Below the pieces are notes generated by a model, which had not been told where the DNA came from, made no database searches, and was given only the letters and a program-made list of their open reading frames with translations. Both the position numbers and the translations under genes were made by a program. 49,167 bases of DNA from Candidatus Bipolaricaulota bacterium (GTDB lineage: Bacteria > Bipolaricaulota > Bipolaricaulia > UBA7950 > UBA9294), in the NCBI GenBank assembly GCA_030603215.1, contig JAUVYF010000003.1, forward strand, positions 1 to 49,167, in the 5' to 3' direction. Positions 1-9,258 of the stretch are shown here, piece after piece (position 1 is the first letter of the stretch; each line of letters begins with the position of its first letter).

Positions 1-420
1 GTAGCGTCGCACTTTACCTGCCCCGTGCGATCCTATTTCACTGGGGTGTACAACGTTGCGTCTAACGTCGGGCGCAAGACCCAACGCTACGAATGATCTA
101 CGTATTATGGTCTTGTCTTTCACCCTATTGTTGGTTTTCTCTGCGATCTCTGCGTCCTCTGCGGTAGAATGACTTTGCTTTGGCAGTAAGTAACCTTTGT
201 CTTTAACCCTATGTTTGTCTTCCTCTGCGATCCTGGCGGCTACGCTGGATTCCGGCTTTCGCCGGAATGACGACGCATACATCTTTAACGTCGGACACAG
301 GTTCCGACGTTACAAATGGTCTGAAAACTGATTACTGATAACTTTCTTCTCTTCCTAACAACTGCGTTTCTTTCTAATTGCTGCTTTTCACTACTCAACC
401 ATTCAACTAATCAACTAGAG
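1..420. repeat. Mosaic intergenic repeat region (REP-like palindromes plus short tandem modules)
   Basis: Contains AACGTCGGGCGCAAGACCCAACGCTAC (near-copy at ~6317-6343), CTCTGCG(A/T)C 9-mer runs, a CTGGATTCCGGCTTTCGCCGGAATGAC palindrome, ACTGA heptamers and TCAAC octamers; all recur elsewhere in the window. Confidence 0.8.
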
Positions 421-423
421 AAA

Positions 424-600
424 CTACCCCGCCGCAAGCAGCGGAGTATTTTCAGAAGAGCATTAGTTGCCCATCTTCGTGTAGCTGCTGATATTCTTTG
501 CATTGGCTTCTTACGTAATTCACTAGCTTCTTCCATATTGTGACTTCTATGTACATACTCGCTCACATGAAAATCTTACGCCGCAAGCGGCGGGGAATAT
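424..600 (-). mobile_element. Non-autonomous, internally deleted IS200/IS605-family element
   Basis: Two GC-rich hairpins (CCCCGCCGCAAGCAGCGGAG at ~427-446; CGCCGCAAGCGGCGGGG at ~579-595) bracket out-of-frame minus-strand pieces of a TnpA start (SEYVHRSHN) and end (VNYVRSQCKEYQQLHEDGQLMLF*). Confidence 0.75.
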
Positions 601-737
601 GACCCTCAAGCTATTTAACTGTTTTCTCGAGGCTTTGCTCACATCCGTGTAGAAGGTTACCATGATTACCAGATACACTAAACGAGGCACTGCACAATTA
701 AAGCCCTGCTTCGTTAATGCCAACAGGAGGAAGAAAT

Positions 738-2003
738 ATGAAAGCACAAGATCCAACTCGTCGTGCAATCGTTGGGGCGACGCTAATCGACGGGACGGGG
801 AGTGCCCCCTTTTCAGAGGCCGTCGTCATTGTGAATGGTAACCAAATTGAGACTGTTGGGGCTCGGGGCACCGCTCAGTTGCCACCTGACACGCAGGTCA
901 TCGATGCAATGGGAAAGTACCTGCTTCCTGGCCTGATCGACTCCCACGTCCACGTGAGCGCACCAGACTATACCTCGATAAGGCCCAAGGGCTCGGAGAC
1001 AGCCTATGCAACAGTCATCGCCATCAACAATTTGCGCTCTGCTCTTCAAGCCGGTGTCACAACCGTTCGTGACATCTGTGGAAATCGGATTAACCTCGCG
1101 CTACGGACGGCGGTGCAGCGTCGCATGCTGGTCGCACCGCGACTGTTCACCGCTGGCAAGGGGATCTGCATGACCGGCGGCCATGGCTCGGGTGATCCCG
1201 ATAGCGTGCACGAGGTCGATACACCTGACGAAGTTCGCAAAGCGGTGCGAGAAGAGGCAAAGGCCAAAGTCGATTTCATTAAGCTTCTCTCTTCACATCG
1301 GACGGATTGGCCCGAATTCTCCCAAGCGGAGATCGACGCTGGGGTCGATGAGGCGCACCGATTCGGACTCAACATAGCGATCCACGCCGCCAATTTCGTC
1401 AGTGTAAGGATGGCTGCCATCGCCGGGGTGGATACTCTTGAGCACGGTAGCTTCGTTGATGAACAGGCCGCAGACATCATGGCGGAGAAGGACATCATCA
1501 TCGTTCCCACCCTGTGGGTCAAACACGATCTCGCGCAACGGTTGGAAAACTGGAAGGCCACCCCTGAGAAGTTCACTTGGGGAGACGAAAAGGATCTCCA
1601 CGTAAGCGCCGCGTGGTTCAAGCGCTGTGTAGACCAGCTGCCGAAGACGATCGAATTGGTACACTCGAAGGGGATTCGCATCGCCGCTGGCACGGACTTC
1701 GTCATGACCGATCGCCCCTGGGCATTGTTACCAGAGGAAATGGAATACCTCACCAAGCTAGGGCTGTCCAACATGGAAGCGATCGAGTCGGCAACACGCA
1801 TCGGCGCGGAAGCGTTGGGCAGAGTTGATGAGTTCGGTACAGTGGAGGTGGGCAAGTTGGCCGATCTCATCCTGGTCGATCGCAATCCTCTAGAAGACAT
1901 TACCGCGATGACCGAAGTGTCGTGGGTGATGAAGGAAGGCGCAATAATCCCGCGATCGCCGGAATGGGCACGCTCCCCGATCAAGGATCCGATCTCCCTG
2001 TGA
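738..2003 (+). CDS. Metal-dependent amidohydrolase (prolidase/imidazolonepropionase-like family)
   Basis: PGLIDSHVH metal motif, GVTTVRD, AIHA, EHG, AGTD and GKLADLILVD; AGGAGG SD favours the ATG at 738. Confidence 0.9.
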   Translation: MKAQDPTRRAIVGATLIDGTGSAPFSEAVVIVNGNQIETVGARGTAQLPPDTQVIDAMGKYLLPGLIDSHVHVSAPDYTSIRPKGSETAYATVIAINNLRSALQAGVTTVRDICGNRINLALRTAVQRRMLVAPRLFTAGKGICMTGGHGSGDPDSVHEVDTPDEVRKAVREEAKAKVDFIKLLSSHRTDWPEFSQAEIDAGVDEAHRFGLNIAIHAANFVSVRMAAIAGVDTLEHGSFVDEQAADIMAEKDIIIVPTLWVKHDLAQRLENWKATPEKFTWGDEKDLHVSAAWFKRCVDQLPKTIELVHSKGIRIAAGTDFVMTDRPWALLPEEMEYLTKLGLSNMEAIESATRIGAEALGRVDEFGTVEVGKLADLILVDRNPLEDITAMTEVSWVMKEGAIIPRSPEWARSPIKDPISL

Positions 2004-2450
2004 AGGTCGAAAGACAGTAACCAGTGATGCGTAATGAGTAACTTGTTTGGAGAAGTCAGCAGGAACACATATTCACCGGTCTCAGAGACAAATCTTCATT
2101 CTTGCCATCCATAATGAGGACGAGTTGGTGCGGGTGATGAGACACGAGACTTCACAGCGTTTGTTGGACGAGACTATCTACCATCACTGTCACGGTCAAG
2201 CGCGTTGTCTACGCACTAAGGCCCGTCTTTGCCACTTCGCATGGCGTGTTTATTCGCAAACCCTAGTCCCCTGAACGGGGTCGCGAATCGACCGCACAGG
2301 GGTCGAAAGAGACCCTGCAATCAGCCAGCAGATCGAGGAGCAGGCAACGGCCCAACGGAGCTGGGTGCAGAGAAGCTGGAGTAGTTCGGTTTGGGTTGCC
2401 TCGGCTTAGCCTGTCTGCTACTCTTTTCACAGAGCAAGGAGGTCACAGCA

Positions 2451-2615
2451 ATGACAAGAAGAGCATCGCTTCTCTTGGGGATGATACCTCTTGGGGCGTA
2501 CCTCGCTCGAGTCACCGGCTTCCGATCGCTGCGGCCTATATGCTCGCTTCGGTTCAGCGTGGTTGGCTCGGTGGCTTTCTCCCCACGGCCGACGGGAGAG
2601 AAGTCTTCACCATGA
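2451..2615 (+). CDS. Putative small ORF (54 aa) overlapping the fabF start
   Basis: AAGGAGG SD before the ATG at 2451; its TGA overlaps the fabF ATG (ATGA); no recognisable family. Confidence 0.35.
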   Translation: MTRRASLLLGMIPLGAYLARVTGFRSLRPICSLRFSVVGSVAFSPRPTGEKSSP

Positions 2616-3862
2616 AACAACATCGTGTGGTCGTGAGCGGCATCGGGGCTGTCACCCCGATCGGCATAGGACGGGAGAATTTCTGGGAAGGATTGCTCGC
2701 CGGGCGGAATGGCATCTCCCGCATTACTTTGTTTGACCCGTCGGAATTCCGCTCTCAGATGGCCGGGGAGGTCAAGGGCTTTCACCCCGAGAAATGGATC
2801 GACCGCAAGCTGGCGAGACGGACGGACCGGTTCACCCATTTCGCCCTGGTTGCTGCAGATCTGGCCATGAAGGATGCTGGCCTGGATGTGTTTCATTTCG
2901 ATGGACGCAGGGCGGGCGTCATCATTGGGTCCGGTATCGGGGGAACGCAGACCATCGAAAGCGCACATGCTGAACTCCTGGCGAAAGGTCCAAGATCCGT
3001 GGGGCCGCTCGTCGTGTCCAAAGTTCTCATCAATACAGCCGCCTGCATGGTGTCGATCACTCATGGGCTCAAGGGACCTCTGTCTGCCCCTTCCGTTGCC
3101 TGTTCGACCGGGGCTAATGCCATCGGCGACGCCTATCGCATCCTGGAGAGAGGAGACGCTGACATCATGTTGGCGGGAGGGACCGAGGCCAGTGTGAGCC
3201 CGTTGCCGTTCGCCAGCTTCTGCGCGACACGGTCGATGTCCATCCGTAATGACGATGTAGAAAGAGCCAGCCGTCCTTTTGACAGAAACCGCGACGGTTT
3301 CGTCATGGGCGAGGGGGCCGGTGTCGTTGTGCTCGAAAGGCTGAACCATGCGCTCGAACGGAACGCGCCCGTCTACGCTGAATTGGCCGGATATGCCAAC
3401 ACGGCCGATGCTTTCCATCTCACGGCGCCCGAACCCGAGGGAGACGGAATGGTCCGCGTCATGAGGAAAGCGCTACGCGACGCTGGCGCGGCCGCACCGG
3501 ACATCGGCTATATCAACGCTCACGGAACCTCCACGATCCTCAATGACAAGATCGAAAGCGCGGCCGTGATTAAGGTCTTCGGCGACCACGCCCAGCGGCT
3601 CAAGATAAGTTCCATCAAGTCCATGATCGGCCACCTGCTTGCCGGGGCCGGGGCGGTAGGGTTCGCGGCCACCGTGCTCAGCATCTCGACTGGCCACATT
3701 CCTCCGACCATCAACTATGAGCAGCCCGATCCGGATTGCCCGCTAGATTACGTCACCGGGGGAGCCGAGTCGATTGACCTCGACGCGGCCATGATCCAGT
3801 CCTTCGGCTTCGGAGGCGGGAATGCCTGCCTGGTCGTGAAGCGGTACGAGAAGAGAAGGTAA
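2612..3862 (+). CDS. fabF: Beta-ketoacyl-ACP synthase II
   Basis: RVVVSGIG start, Cys-His-His triad motifs VACSTG / NAHGTST / GHLL, SRPFD..RDGFVMGEG and SFGFGG. Confidence 0.93.
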   Translation: MKQHRVVVSGIGAVTPIGIGRENFWEGLLAGRNGISRITLFDPSEFRSQMAGEVKGFHPEKWIDRKLARRTDRFTHFALVAADLAMKDAGLDVFHFDGRRAGVIIGSGIGGTQTIESAHAELLAKGPRSVGPLVVSKVLINTAACMVSITHGLKGPLSAPSVACSTGANAIGDAYRILERGDADIMLAGGTEASVSPLPFASFCATRSMSIRNDDVERASRPFDRNRDGFVMGEGAGVVVLERLNHALERNAPVYAELAGYANTADAFHLTAPEPEGDGMVRVMRKALRDAGAAAPDIGYINAHGTSTILNDKIESAAVIKVFGDHAQRLKISSIKSMIGHLLAGAGAVGFAATVLSISTGHIPPTINYEQPDPDCPLDYVTGGAESIDLDAAMIQSFGFGGGNACLVVKRYEKRR

Positions 3863-3864
3863 CG

Positions 3865-4947
3865 ATGAACATCCCTAAGCTTCATATCGGACACCTCACC
3901 GCAAATATCCCGATCATCCAGGGAGGGATGGGCGTGAGGGTGTCGCTAGCGTCCCTGGCGGCAGCAGTGGCCGAGGAGGGCGGAATCGGCACCATCTCGA
4001 GCATCGGCCTGGGGGATTTCGAAGCGGCCCGGCATGAGTATGAACGAATCTCTCGCGAAGCCTTACAAGAGGAGATCCGCAAGGCCCGAACCATAACCCA
4101 GGGAATTCTCGCCGTCAATTTCATGGGCGCGCTCAGCAATGTTGAAGACCTGGTCCAGACCGCCGTCCGGGAAGGCATCCAGATGATCGTCTTCGGAGCC
4201 GGGCTGCCGATGAAGCTCCCTAAACTCGTCCAGGATCGATCGGTGAACCTCGTTCCCATCGTCAGCTCGGCCCGGGCTAGCGAACTGATCCTCCGTAGCT
4301 GGGCAAAGCGTTTCCAAAGAACGGCCGGCGCCCTCATCCTCGAAGGCCCCCTCGCAGGGGGACATCTCGGCTTCTCCCTCGAGCAGCTCCGCCATCCGGA
4401 AGACTACTCTCTGGAGACGCTCCTGCCTCAGGTCCTGGAAGCGGTCAAACCGTATGAAGACCGCTTTGGAAGGAAGATCCCAGTCATCGCCGCCGGCGGG
4501 ATTTTCAATGGTGGGGACATCGCCCATATGCTATCCCTGGGCGCGTCCGGAGTCCAGATGGCGACGCGTTTCGTCTGCACCTGGGAGTGCGACGCATCCC
4601 AGGAGTTCAAACAGAGCTACCTGGATGCCAGTGAGGAGGATATTGTCATCATCAAGAGCCCTGTCGGCTTGCCGGGGCGGGCCATCCGGAACAAGTTCCT
4701 CAAGAACTTGGAGAAGGTGGACAAGCTGAAGATCAACTGCCCCTACCATTGTCTGACCGCCTGCAAGGTCGCGGAAGCCAAGTTCTGCATCGCCCAGGCT
4801 CTCTTGAACGCCTATCACGGGGACGTCGACCACGGTCTCATTTTCTGTGGTCAGAACGCCCCCCGAATCGACAAGATCGTCACGGTCAGGGAGCTCATCG
4901 CCGAACTCCTCGGCGAACTCCAGAGTGCCCTTAAAGACGTTCCATGA
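3865..4947 (+). CDS. FMN-dependent nitronate monooxygenase-family protein, FabX/FabK-like
   Basis: PIIQGGMG, EGPLAGGH, IAAGGI, GVQMATRF, C-terminal CPYHCLTAC...FCI cysteine cluster; 2 bp after fabF. Confidence 0.85.
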   Translation: MNIPKLHIGHLTANIPIIQGGMGVRVSLASLAAAVAEEGGIGTISSIGLGDFEAARHEYERISREALQEEIRKARTITQGILAVNFMGALSNVEDLVQTAVREGIQMIVFGAGLPMKLPKLVQDRSVNLVPIVSSARASELILRSWAKRFQRTAGALILEGPLAGGHLGFSLEQLRHPEDYSLETLLPQVLEAVKPYEDRFGRKIPVIAAGGIFNGGDIAHMLSLGASGVQMATRFVCTWECDASQEFKQSYLDASEEDIVIIKSPVGLPGRAIRNKFLKNLEKVDKLKINCPYHCLTACKVAEAKFCIAQALLNAYHGDVDHGLIFCGQNAPRIDKIVTVRELIAELLGELQSALKDVP

Positions 4948-5022
4948 GCGAATCGGGTCATTCCGTTAGTGTGGGCGGAACTCCCGGGACGCATACCCTC
5001 AAATGGTGATGGGTAAGATAGA

Positions 5023-5415
5023 AGCAGTCCAAAGTCCAACGTCCAACGTCCAAGGTTGAAAGACAGTAACCGGTAATGGGTAATGGGTGATATGTGGAAG
5101 GACAGTAATGAGTGACGGGTAATGAGTAACGGGTGAAAAGATAGTCGGGAGTCGAGAGTTTGGAGTCGATAGTCGGGAGTCAGGAGTCGAGAAACAGTGA
5201 AAGGCAGGCCGGAAGACTGTGCATTCCGTCATGCCGGTTAGGTGGAGAGGTGCGAAGTCTAGCATTGTACTTTACAGGTAACGCGCCCCATAGAAGTATA
5301 ACTACAAGACTCACTTCACCCTGTGAAATGTAGAACAGAAGAAGAGTTCACAGGGCAGGCCCTGCTAAATACAAAGCAGAAGAAGATTTCACAGGGCAGG
5401 CCCCATGAAATACAT
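5023..5415 (+). repeat. Tandem heptamer modules followed by 41-bp palindromic units
   Basis: (GTCCAAN)n, (RGTAATG)n and (AGTCGGG)n blocks; CCCTGTGAAAT...TTCACAGGGCAGG-type units at 5319-5359 and 5360-5400, partial third at 5401. Confidence 0.85.
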
Positions 5416-5474
5416 GACACAATGTAACAACGAAACTAGTGCTAATTGTGTCATCGAGGAGGTGTCAGTTCAAA

Positions 5475-5891
5475 GTGGCGGTTTCAAGGATTTCTGTCAA
5501 GCTATCAGCAGACGGCGGTATGAACGATATCACGAGCCAGGTACAGGGACAGCTTGAGAAAACGGGTCTTGCTGAAGGGATAGTGACCGTGTTCATGCCC
5601 GGCTCAACCGGCGCAATCACGACTATTGAGTACGAGCCTGGATTGGTGAACAGTGACCTACCCGAGGCGCTTGCGCGGATAGCCCCGGTCGATATCCCAT
5701 ACGAGCACCACAAGCGGTGGGGTGATGATAACGGTCGGGGCCATGTTAAGGCCTCCATCATGAGCCCAAGCCTGGTCATTCCTTTCACTAAGGGTGAGTT
5801 GATCTTGGGAACCTGGCAACAGATCGTAGCCATCAATTGGGATACCAGGCCGCGAAGAAGAGAGATCGTCATCCAAGTAATGGGGGAATAA
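5475..5891 (+). CDS. yjbQ: YjbQ/UPF0047 family protein (secondary thiamine-phosphate synthase)
   Basis: GSTGAITTIEYEPGL, DNGRGHVKAS, LGTWQQI; GAGGAGG upstream of the GTG at 5475. Confidence 0.88.
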   Translation: MAVSRISVKLSADGGMNDITSQVQGQLEKTGLAEGIVTVFMPGSTGAITTIEYEPGLVNSDLPEALARIAPVDIPYEHHKRWGDDNGRGHVKASIMSPSLVIPFTKGELILGTWQQIVAINWDTRPRRREIVIQVMGE

Positions 5892-5892
5892 T

Positions 5893-6625
5893 CGGTAATG
5901 AGTGATGCGTAATGAGTAACGAGTCCGTTGAGTTTGTTGAGTTCGTTGCCCCATAGAAGTATGACTACTAAAGTCACTTCACCCTGTGAAATACAAACAG
6001 AACAAGATTGCACAGGGCAGGCGAGGTAGGGGTTCGTTGAGTTGAAAACATAGTCGGGAGCCGAGAAAGGCGAGTTGAATGGTTGATTGGTTGAATGGGA
6101 AAAGCGAACTGACTACTGAAAACTGAATCAGAACATAGAACCACTATTACGCTGGATTCCCGCTTCCGCCGGAATGACGACACGTACCGTCATGCCGGAC
6201 TCGATCCGGCATCCAGAGACAGGAAAGAGGGGCAGGTTTTTTTCTCTTGAGCTGGTTAAAGACCAGCTAGGCTCTGTTTTCCAATCAGACAGTCTACGTA
6301 TTCTTGTGTTGCCTTTAACGTCGGGCGCAAGACCCGACGCTACAGACGTCTGAGAACTGAGAACTCTCTTTCCTGGTTTCCTCTGCCATCTCTGCGTCCT
6401 CTGCGGTTAGATGCCTTTTCTTCTAGGATCAATCTTTCCGTTTTCCACTGTGGTCAACTGCTTGTTTGAGCGGCTTTCCATACGTCAATATCTTCAAACC
6501 GCTTAATGGCCATTGTTTTCCCTTTTCTCGTTGGACCTTGGACTTTGCCTGGACTATCGACCTTGGACTTTGGACGTTGGACCATGGTCTTCTCTGCGTC
6601 CTCTGCGGTTAGATGCCTTTGTCCT
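5893..6625. repeat. Mosaic repeat region between convergent genes
   Basis: Same module families as 1-420, 5023-5415 and 42720-43500; purine-rich left part and pyrimidine-rich right part around central palindromes at 6151-6215. Confidence 0.85.
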
Positions 6626-6655
6626 TATTAGAGAAGCAATGGCACAGTCTTCACA

Positions 6656-7921
6656 TCACTTATGCAGATTCCTTGCGGCGATGAACGATAGGCCGCGGTC
6701 GGTCAACGCCTTCGCTGTGCGGTTCACTGCGGCATGCTTGTCCAGGTAGTTGCGCTCTAAGAAGGGCATTAATCCTTTGGCTTCGATCTCCGCTTTGGAT
6801 AGGAAGTACTCGAGGATGTCCGAGGGATGATCCCGGGTCTTGTCAACCTCCGGTCCCGCTCCTTCGTGTTTGGCGGAGATGTTCGCCACGTGATCGGCGA
6901 GTTCAACCAGCTCATCAGTACGATCGTAGGGCTGGATGACGATAGATTTGTAGGTCTCGGTAATGTGGTGTTCAAAACGAATCTTATCCTCAAACCCAAG
7001 CGCTTTACGAAGCTTTGCAGCAGTCTCGAGCGTCCTGTTATTCACAGAGTTCGACCAGTTGAATCCGATAAGAGATGTCGTTCCATCTCCGTGGGAGAAT
7101 AGCTTTGCCCCAATAAGGGTCCACAAAGCCGCGTAGGGATTATCGTTTCCCATGAACACCGAGATCTTGAATTCAATATTCACTCCCAGCTTGTGGAGGA
7201 AGTAGCCCAGAAGGACGGTTCCGGGGTTGATGTTCAGTACCTCCTTGATCCCATAGGTGGTATAGTAGTGGAGGTATTCATCCAGCCACTGCAAAGCGTG
7301 TTCATTCGGTTGACCAATCCCGCCAAAGTAGCCGGTGATTGTGTCGGGCCCACCGAGGTGGATGTTCGATCCATCAGTCCCTTTGGTATCCAGCGTTTCT
7401 ACATAACTCGCCCCGATGATCTGCATCGCTGCAGCCACCGCGAGTGTATCGCCGTTGTCCTCCACTTGCTCCTTCATATTTCGTACGCGGATGAAGCGTG
7501 CGGGCATTATCTCACCGTTCTCAATCGCCTGTCTTGCCTCCGCGATTAACCAGGGGAAGAACTGTAGGGCGCTGATCTCGAGAGTCACAGCGGACTCGTC
7601 TCTAAAGGTCATCGAATCAAGCTTGGAACCAAGGACCTTCCCACGAAAGTCTTTGATGCTGATAAATGCATCCGAATCCCGCTGTCTGGTAAGCCACTCC
7701 AAATCGGACAAATAAGGGGAGTTCTGATCCTTCAATTGTGATAGCAGGTTTTCCAGCTCTCTGGCCTGGGTCGCCTTACGGTTGATCTCCTCGGGCCCGC
7801 CATATCTTTCCACGAGATCGAGCAGTTGGTTGATGAGCTCGTTTTCAGGATCGAGAATAAAATCGTTAATTTCCTTCAATTGTTGTTCACTGATTCTCAG
7901 CCGCTGGCGTAAATCGGTCAC
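6656..7921 (-). CDS. Hypothetical protein (~421 aa) downstream of panB
   Basis: Long soluble-looking ORF; GAGGAGG SD favours the GTG at 7921; no family recognised. Confidence 0.85.
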   Translation of the reverse strand: MTDLRQRLRISEQQLKEINDFILDPENELINQLLDLVERYGGPEEINRKATQARELENLLSQLKDQNSPYLSDLEWLTRQRDSDAFISIKDFRGKVLGSKLDSMTFRDESAVTLEISALQFFPWLIAEARQAIENGEIMPARFIRVRNMKEQVEDNGDTLAVAAAMQIIGASYVETLDTKGTDGSNIHLGGPDTITGYFGGIGQPNEHALQWLDEYLHYYTTYGIKEVLNINPGTVLLGYFLHKLGVNIEFKISVFMGNDNPYAALWTLIGAKLFSHGDGTTSLIGFNWSNSVNNRTLETAAKLRKALGFEDKIRFEHHITETYKSIVIQPYDRTDELVELADHVANISAKHEGAGPEVDKTRDHPSDILEYFLSKAEIEAKGLMPFLERNYLDKHAAVNRTAKALTDRGLSFIAARNLHK

Positions 7922-7972
7922 CGGATCACCCTCCTCTGAAGGTTGATACATAGCTTATTGGCGTGAATAGCA

Positions 7973-8833
7973 CTATTCATACTTCTTGGCTAACTGTTTA
8001 AACTTTTCCTCTTCGCCCTTGAGCATGTGGTAGCAGTGCTCGCTAGCCGGAAAGGTACCCGCTTTAATGTCTTTGATGTATTCGGACATCGCACTGGTAA
8101 TGACCTCAGCAATATTGGCATATTGCCTGACGAATTTTGGAGTAAACGCCTGGAATTGACCGATCAGGTCAGAGACGATCAACAGCTGTCCATCACAATC
8201 CGCACCTGCGCCAATACCGAACACCGGAATGGAAAGCTTGTCGGTAATGAAACCTGCTACCTCTGGCGGGACGGCTTCCAGCAACAGCAGCTGCGCTCCA
8301 GCCTGTTCGATAGCTAAGGCATCCTCGATCAACAGCTTGGCCGACTCCACTGTACGTCCCTGCGCCTTGTGGCCACCGAGTTGGCCGGAGCTTTGTGGGG
8401 TGAGGCCAATGTGTCCGCAGACGACTATCCCCGCATCAAGGATGGCTCTGATACGGCTGACAACCCGCACGCCACCCTCCAGCTTAACTGCATCTACCCC
8501 AGCTTCTTTCAGGAACCGCCCGGCGTTTGCCACGGCGTTTTCATCACTTTTCTGATAACTCATAAATGGCATGTCGCCCATGACGAACGCAGTCGGTGCG
8601 GCGCGGCGTACAGCCTCGCTGTGTACAATACATTGATCCATCGTCACGGGTACAGTGCTTTCGTAGCCGTAGACGCACATCCCCAACGAATCCCCAACCA
8701 GGAGCATATCCACTCGCGCGGCCTCGGCAAACTGAGCGGTCGGGTAATCATAGGAGGTAAGCCATGAGATCTTCTCCCCCCTCTCTTTCATCGCCTGCAG
8801 GGTCAAAATCGTTACTTTGTTGCGTTTCTCCAT
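7973..8833 (-). CDS. panB: 3-methyl-2-oxobutanoate hydroxymethyltransferase
   Basis: TSYD, LLVGDSLGM, DMPFMSY, VKLEGG, GHIGLTPQ, GIGAG..CDGQ. Confidence 0.96.
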   Translation of the reverse strand: MEKRNKVTILTLQAMKERGEKISWLTSYDYPTAQFAEAARVDMLLVGDSLGMCVYGYESTVPVTMDQCIVHSEAVRRAAPTAFVMGDMPFMSYQKSDENAVANAGRFLKEAGVDAVKLEGGVRVVSRIRAILDAGIVVCGHIGLTPQSSGQLGGHKAQGRTVESAKLLIEDALAIEQAGAQLLLLEAVPPEVAGFITDKLSIPVFGIGAGADCDGQLLIVSDLIGQFQAFTPKFVRQYANIAEVITSAMSEYIKDIKAGTFPASEHCYHMLKGEEEKFKQLAKKYE

Positions 8834-9258
8834 AGTTCATCGCTCCTTTTGTTTCATTCGTTCGGACCAATTGTATCATTTGGAAGCGCTGAGCAACAAA
8901 CCGAGCCGATTCTGCCCGCGCTGCTTCTGACTGAAGCATATGCTCTCTGCCCGCAAAGCGCTCACATGGGCCACTTACCTGTCACTTGACAAGATCCCTA
9001 TGACTGAATAACACCACAATCCCGCATAACGCTTAGTGTTATGTTCACGGTCTGCACTTGTTGGCATTCTTATGATCGAAATCAGCATGAATTGATCATA
9101 GTGTTGCATGAGTTCACACAAGCATCAACACAGTTTATTGCCCTTCTAAAGGGCTATTGACTGCGTAGCTCTCCAAGAAAGGAAGTTATCCACCTGACAC
9201 ACTACACAGCAAGACATAGCATAACCACATACTGTGCTGCATATCTATGGAGCAAGCG

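Noticed and set aside
1046-2068. 340-aa minus-strand ORF
   Set aside because: Antisense shadow of the amidohydrolase; Ser/Thr-rich with no motifs
2321-3418. 365-aa minus-strand ORF
   Set aside because: Antisense shadow of GC-rich fabF
5240-5290. AGAGGTGCG resembling the start of a lysine riboswitch
   Set aside because: The remaining conserved elements and stems are not present
5319-5413. 41-bp repeats as a CRISPR array
   Set aside because: Units are directly adjacent with no unique spacers, only 2-3 copies, and there are no cas genes
6513-6749. Short ORFs inside repeat mosaics (also 4999-5265 and 42582-43571)
   Set aside because: Translations are periodic products of the tandem modules, with no SD or domain evidence
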